DNA from: a virus
Lineage: Duplodnaviria > Heunggongvirae > Uroviricota > Caudoviricetes
Strand: one strand, 5' to 3'
DNA length: 46,072 nt
IMG/VR virus record: IMGVR_UViG_3300042894_006602
Below, in pieces: positions 17,571 through 26,519 of this stretch. Made by a program: the position numbers and the translations under genes. Below the pieces are notes generated by a model. The model searched no databases, was not told where the DNA came from, and worked only from the letters and a program-made list of their open reading frames with translations. The number at the start of each line of letters is the position of its first letter. The stretch's first letter is position 1.

Positions 17571-19415
17571 ATGTCAGTTGATAAAAAGTTTCAAAAGCTT
17601 GATGATATTGAACACGTTCTTAAAAGACCAGGTATGTATATCGGTTCAATTAAGCCACATACCGCAAACAAATGGTTAATTTCAGAAAATAGTGTTCAAA
17701 TTAAAGAAGTAACTTACAATCCTGGTTTTTTAAAAATATTTGATGAGATTATCACTAACTCAGTTGATGAATCTAAAAGAAAAGGTTCCAAACTCAATAC
17801 AATTAAAGTAACTGTAGATGAAAAAACCGGTATCATAACTATCTGGGATAACGGTGGAATTCCTGTCGTGAAACATTCAGAACATAAAGAATGGATACCA
17901 GAAATGATATTTTCTAATTTAAAAGCAGGTTCTAACTTTGATGATACCGAATCTCGAAGCTGGGCCGGAACAAATGGTGTTGGTTCAACTCTTACCAATA
18001 TTTACTCTAAATCATTTACTGTTACAACTTGCGATGGTAAGAATCAATATACACAAACTTTCTCTGACAATATGAGAAACAGAACTGTAGCAAAAGTTAA
18101 AAAAGCCACAAAAAATCATACCGAAATTACATTCTTGACAGACTATGAAAAATTCGGTCTAACTGGTATTGATAACAATCATTTTAAAATGATTGAAAAA
18201 AGAGTTTATGACTTAGCCGCTTGCAACACACATTTGAAAATATCATTTAATGGTAAGCCACTCACATTTAAAACTTTTGAAAATTACATACAACTTTACG
18301 TCAAAGATTATTTCTTTGAATCATCAAAAGATAAAAATTGGTCTTTGGGTATTTCGATTTCTGAAAATGGATTTCAACAAGTCAGTTTTGCTAACTCTAC
18401 TGAAACTTATGATGGCGGAACTCACGTTGATTATATAATGTCTCAAATTGTATCACAGTTAAGAGAATTCTTTATGAAGAAACATAAAGTAGATGTCAAA
18501 CCTTCTGAACTTAAAAACCATATGTTTTTATTTTTAGATTCAACCATAATTAATCCATCGTTCTCTTCACAAACAAAAGAGAAACTTATCACAGAGGTTA
18601 AAGACTTTGGTTCTACTTATGAAGTGACAAATAAACTTATTCAATCAATTATCAAATCGGAAATTGTTAATTCTATTTTAGACTGGATTCAACAAAAGAA
18701 GACAGCAGAAGATTCAAAACTACAAAGAGAGTTAAATAAAAAACTTTCAAAGATTAAAGTTGAAAAACTTATTGATGCTAAAGGCAAAGATCGTTGGAAG
18801 TGTTCGATTGGATTATTTGAAGGTGATTCAGCAATCTCTGCATTTAGAAAGTATAGAACACCAGAAACGATGGGAGCTTTTGCACTGAAAGGAAAGTTTG
18901 TAAATGTATCTGAAATGACTAATCAAAAGTTAGTTCAAAATGATGAAGTAGTTAATTTGATGGCAGCAGTAGGATTGAAACTTGGTCAAAAAATTGAATT
19001 AAAAGATTTAAGATACGGTCGTATTCTTTTTTATGTAGATGCTGATGTTGATGGTAACTCGATTGCCGGTCTTCTTATTAATTTCTTTCATAAATACTGG
19101 CCCGATATGTTTGAAAGGAAAATGATTTGGAAAGTAGAAACACCAATTGTTGTGGCAATACCTAAATCAAAGACTAAAAAGAAAGTTCTTTTTTATACAC
19201 AAACTGAATACAACGACTGGGAAAAGAAGAATGATATCAAGCAATGGGAAATTAAGTATAAAAAAGGTTTAGCTGCTCTTGTTGATGATGAATATCAAGA
19301 TATAATCAATAGTCCTCGTATGACTATGATTACCAAAGATGATATGTCAAAAGGATCTTTAGATATTTGGTTTGGAAAAAATTCAGATTTAAGAAAAGTG
19401 GAATTATTGAAGTAA
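17571..19415 (+). CDS. DNA topoisomerase II large subunit (T4 gp39+gp60-like; GHKL ATPase + TOPRIM)
   Basis: EHVLKRPGMYIGS, DEIITNSVDE, DNGGIP, GTNGVGS, EGDSA, DADVDG, YKKGLAA. Confidence 0.95.
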   Translation: MSVDKKFQKLDDIEHVLKRPGMYIGSIKPHTANKWLISENSVQIKEVTYNPGFLKIFDEIITNSVDESKRKGSKLNTIKVTVDEKTGIITIWDNGGIPVVKHSEHKEWIPEMIFSNLKAGSNFDDTESRSWAGTNGVGSTLTNIYSKSFTVTTCDGKNQYTQTFSDNMRNRTVAKVKKATKNHTEITFLTDYEKFGLTGIDNNHFKMIEKRVYDLAACNTHLKISFNGKPLTFKTFENYIQLYVKDYFFESSKDKNWSLGISISENGFQQVSFANSTETYDGGTHVDYIMSQIVSQLREFFMKKHKVDVKPSELKNHMFLFLDSTIINPSFSSQTKEKLITEVKDFGSTYEVTNKLIQSIIKSEIVNSILDWIQQKKTAEDSKLQRELNKKLSKIKVEKLIDAKGKDRWKCSIGLFEGDSAISAFRKYRTPETMGAFALKGKFVNVSEMTNQKLVQNDEVVNLMAAVGLKLGQKIELKDLRYGRILFYVDADVDGNSIAGLLINFFHKYWPDMFERKMIWKVETPIVVAIPKSKTKKKVLFYTQTEYNDWEKKNDIKQWEIKYKKGLAALVDDEYQDIINSPRMTMITKDDMSKGSLDIWFGKNSDLRKVELLK

Positions 19416-19462
19416 TGAATTTTGCAATAAAATTTATCGGATTCTAAATTAATATATAACTT

Positions 19463-19978
19463 ATGAAAGTTAAAAAGATTAATGAACTGTTTGGTGACAT
19501 TCAGACTGAACAACAATGGATGTTCGCATACGGCTCATTATCAAGTACTAAACTAAGATATCTGCTTTTAGAAAATGTTTCACCAGTAGTCTCATGTAAA
19601 ATATCTAAAGAATTAGGATACAAAAGAAAGTGGATTCAGAATAGATCATTAGGTAGTGTAACCTCTGGTATATTCAAAGTAGATAATCCAATAGATATTA
19701 ATGGTTTAATTTTTCCAATTGTAGATACTGATTTCATCAAGTTAGATGAGTATGAACTCGGCTATAAAAGATTTGAGATGAGTTGGAATTCAATTTTAAT
19801 TGAGAACAAAGAAAAATACACAGGTCAAAAACTTTGGATTTATATACCTGACCAGGAATATATTAAACCAGAGTTATTTTTTAGTAAACTTCCGGCAATC
19901 TATGTTGATTACTGCATGGATGGCTTCAGAGAGATATCAGAAGACTATATGATCGAATTCGCAAGAACTACTGATTAA
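19463..19978 (+). CDS. Gamma-glutamylcyclotransferase-like protein
   Basis: MFAYGSL motif and ..KLDEYELGYKR. TTAATATATA lies upstream at 19449..19458. Confidence 0.7.
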   Translation: MKVKKINELFGDIQTEQQWMFAYGSLSSTKLRYLLLENVSPVVSCKISKELGYKRKWIQNRSLGSVTSGIFKVDNPIDINGLIFPIVDTDFIKLDEYELGYKRFEMSWNSILIENKEKYTGQKLWIYIPDQEYIKPELFFSKLPAIYVDYCMDGFREISEDYMIEFARTTD

Positions 19979-20010
19979 AACTTTAGAATTTTTTTTATTA
20001 TATTTATAAT

Positions 20011-20340
20011 ATGAGAGGTCGTGCCTGGCGGAGACATATTGAAGAAAAAGTGGTGATTAAGAGGTTGAGAAGACAAACCTCTGGTCAAAAGTACTGGTCA
20101 TGGATAATAGACGCAAACAGAAATTATTATAAAAAGACAATCGTCATAGATTACTTACAAAGTGTTGAGTATTACATTGCTAAGACTATGACAACTAAAC
20201 CTTGGGACTCAAAGCACAAAGTTAAATATTCACCAAATAAAAATAAACCGTATTATCGTGATGGAAGTAAGAAATTTTCAACAAGAGAAATGGACAAAAA
20301 TTTGTTTGTAAAAATTTTGAAAGAAAATGGAATTAAATAA
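20011..20340 (+). CDS. Basic hypothetical protein (109 aa)
   Basis: ORF track, in an operon with the following genes. Confidence 0.7.
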   Translation: MRGRAWRRHIEEKVVIKRLRRQTSGQKYWSWIIDANRNYYKKTIVIDYLQSVEYYIAKTMTTKPWDSKHKVKYSPNKNKPYYRDGSKKFSTREMDKNLFVKILKENGIK

Positions 20341-20848
20341 TTTTTTACCAAAATCAGAAAATTGGTCTATAAGTAAAGGTATTATTTACTTTAAAAAAAT
20401 GCAAAAAATTCCCATTTGTATGTTGATTGATGATACACCTCATATTATTTTAGAAAATAAAATTCCTAAACAAGTAATCGAAATGACTAAAATATTAATG
20501 AAGACTGGAAGTGAGTTTTACTTTACTACACCTATGTCTGTAAATCCAGCCGGTGTCGAAGATTTTAAAAATGAAGTCATTGCAAGTTATTTTAACTCAT
20601 ATTCAAATAAAAAATTATTTGTTGGTTTTAAAAAAATTGGTTTTGATTTTATTAAAAACTTGATTAATTGGTCTGAAAAAAGTGATTCAGTTCATCTTGT
20701 AAAACCGGTATACGAAAAAATAAACAAAGAAGTTCAAAAAGAATATTATGATTATTGGCAAAAAACTAAATACTACAATTACGACCCTGAGATAAGAGAA
20801 GAATTTAGAACTCTTTGGAGGGAAATACAGATAAATAAAATTTTATAA
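20327..20848 (+). CDS. Hypothetical protein (173 aa) ending in WREIQINKIL
   Basis: ORF track. Confidence 0.75.
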   Translation: MELNNFLPKSENWSISKGIIYFKKMQKIPICMLIDDTPHIILENKIPKQVIEMTKILMKTGSEFYFTTPMSVNPAGVEDFKNEVIASYFNSYSNKKLFVGFKKIGFDFIKNLINWSEKSDSVHLVKPVYEKINKEVQKEYYDYWQKTKYYNYDPEIREEFRTLWREIQINKIL

Positions 20849-20849
20849 A

Positions 20850-21221
20850 ATGGCTAAAAAACAATCAAACATAAACACAAATATCGCTGGAAGTTTATCT
20901 GCTTTGACCGGAACATCTAGCACAACCACCACTATAACGACATCAGGTAGTAATCTTGTATATGCAGCAAATAATGGAACACTTGTTTGGTCTGGTACTA
21001 AAACAACTTATCATGTTCTAGGAGAAGATGTTGAAGTTTCAAGTAGTTATGTAGATGGAAATACAGCTATGATGATAGCAACACTTAATGTTTTAGGAAA
21101 GCCTTTCTTAGATGAACTTCATAAAAACAGTACATTTTTCCCACGGGAAATTGAAGAATACTTAGAAAAAAAATTCAAGTGGTTAGAAAGAGATAAGAAA
21201 ATAGATGACATCATAAACTAA
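20850..21221 (+). CDS. Hypothetical protein (123 aa) ending in ERDKKIDDIIN
   Basis: ORF track, with a Thr/Ser-rich N-terminus. Confidence 0.75.
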   Translation: MAKKQSNINTNIAGSLSALTGTSSTTTTITTSGSNLVYAANNGTLVWSGTKTTYHVLGEDVEVSSSYVDGNTAMMIATLNVLGKPFLDELHKNSTFFPREIEEYLEKKFKWLERDKKIDDIIN

Positions 21222-21262
21222 GATTAAATAAATCCATATAAATAAAAAATAATAATATTTTA

Positions 21263-22228
21263 ATGTTATGCGATTTAATTATTGATGGAAATTATATTTT
21301 AAGCAGATTAGTTTTCACACTACACAAAAACAATTTACTTTTTGGCGCTCTTCATAAGTCTTTAGAAAACGCCATAGGTAACTACAGAAAATGGTATCCT
21401 TTTGCTAATATTTATTTAGTATCTGACTCTAAAGAAAAATCTTGGAGAAAAAAATTAACTGGAAATTATAAAGCGAACAGGAAAAAAGATTCTGATATAG
21501 ATTGGAACTTTGTTTATACAGCTTATGGTGAATTCAAACAGTCTTTAACTGGTGTTAGAGTATTAGAAGCACCTCACATTGAAGGTGATGACTGGATTTC
21601 TTTTTTAACGACAAAGGCAAATTTAGAGGGCAGATCGACAATAATAGTATCAAATGACTATGATATCAAACAAATAGTTAAGTTCAATTTAGAACCTCTT
21701 TGGATTAACATTATGTCAAATGAAATGTACAACAAAGAAAAACTTTTTATGCCTAAAAATTACCAACTCTTTATTAATAAAGTTTCAAAACTTTCTAATG
21801 ATGACATTTTTAATCTAAATGATAATTCAGAGTTTTTAAAGTTAATGGATAGATTTCTAACCAAATATGAAATATTCGAAATCGATTCAACTGAGTCTCT
21901 TATTATCAAACTTATATCAGGTGATAAAAGTGATAATATTGGTTCTGCTTGGTCACAAACTAAGAACGGTAAGAAAAGAGGTATTGGTGAAAAAGGTGCA
22001 AAAACAATCTATGATGAATATTTAAAAGAGTTTGGTGAAGTAAGTTTGACTGACCCGGACCTTTATGAAAACATTGCTGATTTAATCTGTGAAAGGAAAA
22101 AAGTCAGTAAAACTCAAATTGAAAGTATTGTTGAAAACTTAATTGAAAATGTTAAATTAATCGATTTAAGACTTGAGAATATTCCAGAAGAGATTGTTAC
22201 AAAAATGGAACAGAAGTTTAATGGCTAA
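21263..22228 (+). CDS. 5'-3' exonuclease / T4 RNase H-like (FEN family)
   Basis: LIIDGNY, SDSKEKSWRK, YKANR, EGDDWI, SNDYD, GDKSDNI. Confidence 0.9.
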   Translation: MLCDLIIDGNYILSRLVFTLHKNNLLFGALHKSLENAIGNYRKWYPFANIYLVSDSKEKSWRKKLTGNYKANRKKDSDIDWNFVYTAYGEFKQSLTGVRVLEAPHIEGDDWISFLTTKANLEGRSTIIVSNDYDIKQIVKFNLEPLWINIMSNEMYNKEKLFMPKNYQLFINKVSKLSNDDIFNLNDNSEFLKLMDRFLTKYEIFEIDSTESLIIKLISGDKSDNIGSAWSQTKNGKKRGIGEKGAKTIYDEYLKEFGEVSLTDPDLYENIADLICERKKVSKTQIESIVENLIENVKLIDLRLENIPEEIVTKMEQKFNG

Positions 22229-22613
22229 TTTAAAGTTAGTAGCGGATGCTATGTTTACAAATAAAGTTAAGTGGGAAGACCTACCGGATGAAGAAAAGGA
22301 AACGTCGTTCTTTGTATTTAATAGATACTTTGCTAAAAAATATCCACATCTTTCTCAACTTTTGAATTTGAAAACAATAGATAAATTAACAGCAATGGAT
22401 TTATGGTATTATTATTTTAGAAATAAACCCTATCCACAATGGTTATGGTCTAAATCTGAAACTCAAAGTAAGTCAGATATTTCTGAAAAAGAATTTAAGT
22501 TATTACAAGAAAAATTAAAACTTAAAGACTTAGATTTACAATACCTAATTGATAATCATTTAGATATCATAAAAGAAGAATTAAAATATTTTAAAAATTT
22601 AGAAAAACAATAA
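22221..22613 (+). CDS. Hypothetical protein, possibly T4 gp62-like clamp-loader small subunit (start revised to 22221)
   Basis: The FFVFNRYF...LWY...QWLWSK pattern loosely resembles gp62 homologues. The ATG at 22221 overlaps the preceding stop region. Confidence 0.45.
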   Translation: MANLKLVADAMFTNKVKWEDLPDEEKETSFFVFNRYFAKKYPHLSQLLNLKTIDKLTAMDLWYYYFRNKPYPQWLWSKSETQSKSDISEKEFKLLQEKLKLKDLDLQYLIDNHLDIIKEELKYFKNLEKQ

Positions 22614-22615
22614 AT

Positions 22616-23170
22616 ATGACAACAATAATGGAAAATGTAAGCACAATGAAATGGTATATTGTTAGAGCTCAATCTAACCGTGAGAAATCTGTATCTGAAA
22701 GAATTATTAAAGATGCAGGAAAAGAACTTAATGGAAAAATCGGTAGAGTAATTGTTCCAACCGAAAAGTCATTTCATCTTAAAAACGGTAAAAAGGTACA
22801 AAGAGAAAAAGTTATGTATCCTGGATATATCTTTGTTGAAACTAGTGCTGTTGGTGAACTAAAATACTACCTTAAAGGAGTTAACGGTGCAACAGGTTTT
22901 CTTACAAATCGCGCAGGTGATGTTCAATCTTTAACTCAACTGGAAGTTGACAGAATGCTTGGAATTCAAAAACAAAAAGAAGAAAGTATTGAAATGAGTA
23001 ATCAATTTTTACCAGGAGAAGATGTAAAAGTTCTTGATGGCCCGTTTGCTGGTTTCGTTGGAACCATCGAAAGTATGAAAGACCAAAAAGTAAAAGTTGA
23101 AGTCATGATTTTTGGTAGAAAAAATCTTGTTGAACTCAACGCTCTGCAGGTAGAAAAACACAATGGCTAA
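22616..23170 (+). CDS. nusG: Transcription termination/antitermination factor NusG
   Basis: KWYIVRAQS...VPTEK...NGKK...YPGYIFVE (NGN domain) and GEDVKVLDGPFAGFVGTI...KVEVMIFGRK (KOW domain). Confidence 0.95.
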   Translation: MTTIMENVSTMKWYIVRAQSNREKSVSERIIKDAGKELNGKIGRVIVPTEKSFHLKNGKKVQREKVMYPGYIFVETSAVGELKYYLKGVNGATGFLTNRAGDVQSLTQLEVDRMLGIQKQKEESIEMSNQFLPGEDVKVLDGPFAGFVGTIESMKDQKVKVEVMIFGRKNLVELNALQVEKHNG

Positions 23171-23342
23171 TAAAAGCTTAGTTGATAAATTACTGGAAGC
23201 CTCTAACAAGATATATAAATCTTCACTGATAGGTTCCAGTAATTATATCACTGTTAATAAAAAAATAGCCGACATTATCTATCAAATAGAGAGACCAGGG
23301 ATTAGAAAGAAAAAAATCAAAAGATTATTTGATGAAGAGTGA
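23163..23342 (+). CDS. Small 59-aa ORF not in the track (MANKSLVDKLLEAS...IRKKKIKRLFDEE)
   Basis: Translated by hand. It fills the gap between nusG and the deaminase with short overlaps at both ends and carries the shared C-terminal motif. Confidence 0.7.
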   Translation: MANKSLVDKLLEASNKIYKSSLIGSSNYITVNKKIADIIYQIERPGIRKKKIKRLFDEE

Positions 23343-23967
23343 TTTTGAGACTAAATATTTAAAAGGTATTACCAAAGATATGATTGAATCACAGGGTTAT
23401 CTTTATGATGATATGAGTCCTATGGTTATTAATATGGAAGTGGTTGATAAATCAGATAAAGATTCTATAAGAATGATAATAAAAGATAAATCTGGAAAAG
23501 AGAATAACATAGATGGATCCGATAAAATAACAAACTTTATCGATGAAATTAAAACTAGATATAAACAACAAAGATATGATACGACATATTTAAATATGGC
23601 TAAAGAATGGTCTAATCTTTCTCATTGCTCAAGAATGAAGGTTGGTGCTCTAATTGTAAAAGATGGGATGATAATTTCTGATGGCTACAACGGAACACCA
23701 ACCGGATTTGATAATGTTTGTGAACTAAATCCAGAAACAACCCATTGGCATGTTCTACACGGTGAAGCAAATGCCATTCTTAAATGTGCTAAAATTGGAC
23801 AATCCTGTGATGGCGCTACTTTATATCTTACACATTCACCTTGTAGAGATTGTTCAAAACTTATTCTTCAAGCGGGCATCAAAAGATTAGTTTATATAGA
23901 AGAATATAGAGATAATCAGGGTGTGGATTTTTTAAAGCAAACTGGTATAGAAATAGTTAAATACTAA
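23332..23967 (+). CDS. dCMP deaminase with N-terminal extension
   Basis: SHCSRMKVGA, GYNGTP, HGEANAI, THSPCRDC. Confidence 0.92.
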   Translation: MKSDFETKYLKGITKDMIESQGYLYDDMSPMVINMEVVDKSDKDSIRMIIKDKSGKENNIDGSDKITNFIDEIKTRYKQQRYDTTYLNMAKEWSNLSHCSRMKVGALIVKDGMIISDGYNGTPTGFDNVCELNPETTHWHVLHGEANAILKCAKIGQSCDGATLYLTHSPCRDCSKLILQAGIKRLVYIEEYRDNQGVDFLKQTGIEIVKY

Positions 23968-24647
23968 TGGATATTTTATCTGCAATTAAGATAGAAGAAA
24001 TTTATAGATTTGATTTAAAATCTACTGTAGAGATAGCAAAGTATCTTAATATCTGGAATGGTTTGTCTCAATCAGAAAAAGATGAGTTAATAGAAATTGA
24101 CAAACCTGTTTTTGAAAAAAAATTCAGCCATCTTACTAAGGAAGAATTATCAAAAAAAATAAACGATTCCAAATTCTGGGAACAATATAATGATAAGTTT
24201 GTTTATGGTGAGATTTCTAAATCAGGTGTAAACAAATTATCAAACTATCTCAAAACATTTACTGGAAATTTCTATGACATTGGTTCAGGCAATGGAAAAC
24301 TACTAATTCATTTATCTTTAATTACAAATTTTAAAAGTTACACTGGTATAGAAATAGTAGAATTAAGGCACAAATACGCTGTCAATATAAATCAAACAAT
24401 CGGTCAAAATATAAATTTTTTATGCGGTGATGTTTTAGAAATAGATATTTCTGATGCTAATTTTATATTTTTAGATGATTTGATGTTTCCAGAGGATTTA
24501 AGAATTAAAGTAATTACTAAGATACCAAAAGAATGTTATTATCTAACTGTGTGGCAAAATCAAAATGATGAATTCATCGAAGACTGGTCGCTGGGTGTAA
24601 GTTGGCTTGAAACAGAAATGAAATTTTATTTATATAAAAAAAGATGA
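23967..24647 (+). CDS. Class I SAM-dependent methyltransferase, DOT1-like
   Basis: VYGE, FYDIGSGNGK, TGIEIVELRH, FLCGDVL...DANFIFLDDLMF, in the motif order of DOT1-family enzymes. Confidence 0.7.
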   Translation: MDILSAIKIEEIYRFDLKSTVEIAKYLNIWNGLSQSEKDELIEIDKPVFEKKFSHLTKEELSKKINDSKFWEQYNDKFVYGEISKSGVNKLSNYLKTFTGNFYDIGSGNGKLLIHLSLITNFKSYTGIEIVELRHKYAVNINQTIGQNINFLCGDVLEIDISDANFIFLDDLMFPEDLRIKVITKIPKECYYLTVWQNQNDEFIEDWSLGVSWLETEMKFYLYKKR

Positions 24648-24649
24648 GT

Positions 24650-25114
24650 TTAACTCATCTTTTCTTTTTCTAATCTTTCATGTTCTAATTCTTCCGGTAG
24701 AAGCAATCCTCTACCATATTTATCAAATCGTTCTTGATATCTTAACTTAACTCTATCAGAAATAGGAATAGGTGATCCTTCTTCATCTAACTTAACAAAT
24801 ACCATTTTAGTAGAACAAACAAGACTTTGTTTTCCGGTATGAACATTGTGTTTTCTGGCCTCTAATGCAATTGTTACAGAAGTTTTACCAAAACGATCAA
24901 CAGAAGCATAAATCTTAATAAGATTTCCAACTTTGACTGGGTTTTGAAAAACAACTTCTTCAATTTTCTTAGTTACCATTTTAGCAGAATCACAAACTTG
25001 ACAGGCATAAGCCGCCGCCGCTTCATCTAAAAAAGACATCATATTCCCACCGAAAAGATTTCCATGCACCCCTAAGTCAAGTGCCATACATATTTTTGTT
25101 GTAACTAGTTCCAT
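24650..25114 (-). CDS. Acyl-CoA thioesterase (HotDog, YciA-like)
   Basis: DLGVHGNLFGGNMMSFLDEAAA, F..PVKVG, GKTSVTI, MVFVKLDEEGSP. Confidence 0.9.
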   Translation of the reverse strand: MELVTTKICMALDLGVHGNLFGGNMMSFLDEAAAAYACQVCDSAKMVTKKIEEVVFQNPVKVGNLIKIYASVDRFGKTSVTIALEARKHNVHTGKQSLVCSTKMVFVKLDEEGSPIPISDRVKLRYQERFDKYGRGLLLPEELEHERLEKEKMS

Positions 25115-25445
25115 AATATTTATATTTTTTATTTAATAATTGTTTAAGCTTCCAGTCTCTTTCATCATCTGGATTTTGATGTTTTAGATCAGACTCTGGA
25201 AATCTAAGTAATCCACCATATAACTCAACTATATAAATTGGTTGTTTGAATCCTGATTGCCACGATATTCCAATAACTTTAGCAGTTGGATTTTTCAAAG
25301 CATGTGGCCACTTACCACCAATTACAATAACAAAATCACCCTTTGAGAACTTGAAATTGTTGTCTGTATCTGATAACTGCGAGGTCTTTGGCTTTCGCTT
25401 CAATTTCTGTATCAAAGTCAAGACCAAATGTTTTAATTTCTTCAT
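25077..25445 (-). CDS. Hypothetical SH3/KOW-like protein (start uncertain; overlaps the uvsE 3' end)
   Basis: FKFSKGDFVIV...AKVIG...YIVE...FPESDL pattern and ERDWKLKQLL near the C-terminus. Confidence 0.55.
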   Translation of the reverse strand: MKKLKHLVLTLIQKLKRKPKTSQLSDTDNNFKFSKGDFVIVIGGKWPHALKNPTAKVIGISWQSGFKQPIYIVELYGGLLRFPESDLKHQNPDDERDWKLKQLLNKKYKYYGTSYNKNMYGT

Positions 25446-26262
25446 AAATATAATCTGCGTGCGCTGTTTGTTTTCCTGAATTATCTTCTAAAGTTTTTGG
25501 AGAACTCATATGAGTTAAAGGTCTAATACCATTCCAAGTAGAATGGGCAAGTTTTAATGCTTCTTCTTGTGAGATATCTTGAGGTCCGTAGTTATGATGA
25601 TGAAAATCATGTGTAATAGGAATTCCTATTTTTTTATAAATCAAATCATATAAAATTTTAGTTGAATATTGATTTGGACCATCATCATTTTCAACTACTA
25701 ATCTTTTTTGACAAGATTCACTTAGATTATAAAATTGAAGGCAAAATCTCTCAGCTGCTTCCTCTCTTGTTGGTTTAGTTGTGTTGACATGTATATTGAT
25801 TGGATAGTAATGTGTCTGTTCTAATCCCATTAAATCCATTATTTGAGCATGTTTATTTAATTCATCAATAGCATTTTTTACAACAACTGGGTTTTCACTA
25901 GCTGGAATACAGAAGTGAGTTGGGTGAAAAGAAAGCCTCATTCCTTTGGACTTTGAGTAATCACCTATTAGTTTTAATTTATTAGATATAAGTTTAAAGT
26001 TTGGTAAATCTTCCAAATTATAGAAGCCAATACATGGGAACATATCACTTGACATTCTATAAACAAGAATATTGTTTCTAAAATTCCATTGAAGTATTTT
26101 TTCAAGATCATTAATATTCTGTATGGCTAACTCAGATACATATCCAAGACCCTTAGTCTCAAATGTTTTTTTAGTCATTCCTCTATTGACCGTCACTTGG
26201 TCTTTCTTACTTTTACCCTCGTTTATCGAGATATTAATACAACAGTATCCTATATTACCCAT
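25336..26262 (-). CDS. uvsE: UV damage endonuclease UvsE/UVDE
   Basis: IGYCCI, YRMSSDMFP, RLSFHP, INIHV, RLVVENDD, DFHHH, HAD, EAKAKD. Confidence 0.93.
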   Translation of the reverse strand: MGNIGYCCINISINEGKSKKDQVTVNRGMTKKTFETKGLGYVSELAIQNINDLEKILQWNFRNNILVYRMSSDMFPCIGFYNLEDLPNFKLISNKLKLIGDYSKSKGMRLSFHPTHFCIPASENPVVVKNAIDELNKHAQIMDLMGLEQTHYYPINIHVNTTKPTREEAAERFCLQFYNLSESCQKRLVVENDDGPNQYSTKILYDLIYKKIGIPITHDFHHHNYGPQDISQEEALKLAHSTWNGIRPLTHMSSPKTLEDNSGKQTAHADYIYEEIKTFGLDFDTEIEAKAKDLAVIRYRQQFQVLKG

Positions 26263-26266
26263 GATA

Positions 26267-26274
26267 CAAATATA
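26267..26274 (-). promoter_or_regulatory. Bacteroidota-type -7 element TATATTTG upstream of uvsE
   Basis: TAnnTTTG, 4 nt before the ATG. Confidence 0.55.
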
Positions 26275-26395
26275 CTAAAAATAATATATAATATATGATA
26301 ATTTATAGAATTTTTAATAAGATAAATGGAAAATCTTATATAGGTCAATCTGTTGTGTAAAAACTATTGGCAAACTAATAAATAAGGAATTATTT

Positions 26396-26446
26396 TTAAT
26401 ATACATTACAACCCATAGGGATGCAACAGTATCCAATATTCTTCAT
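26396..26446 (-). pseudogene. 16-codon relic of a second uvsE 5' end (MKNIGYCCIPMGCNVY*)
   Basis: Translated by hand. It shares NIGYCCI with uvsE (MGNIGYCCI) and has its own TATATTTG at 26452..26459. Confidence 0.7.
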
Positions 26447-26519
26447 AACTACAAATATACATAAAAAATAAACTAAATTCAACTATATAAATATAAAATA
26501 TATTAAAAATATATTAAGT

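Noticed and set aside
21237-21244. Exact T4 late promoter TATAAATA (also at 34511..34518)
   Set aside because: It is expected by chance in such AT-rich intergenic DNA. The first instance precedes a replication gene, and there is no consistent spacing to starts.
25336-25445. 110-nt overlap between uvsE and the downstream ORF as a designed dual-coding region
   Set aside because: The start of the downstream ORF is uncertain and only a few codons (FKFSKGD) need to overlap. There is not enough evidence for anything special.
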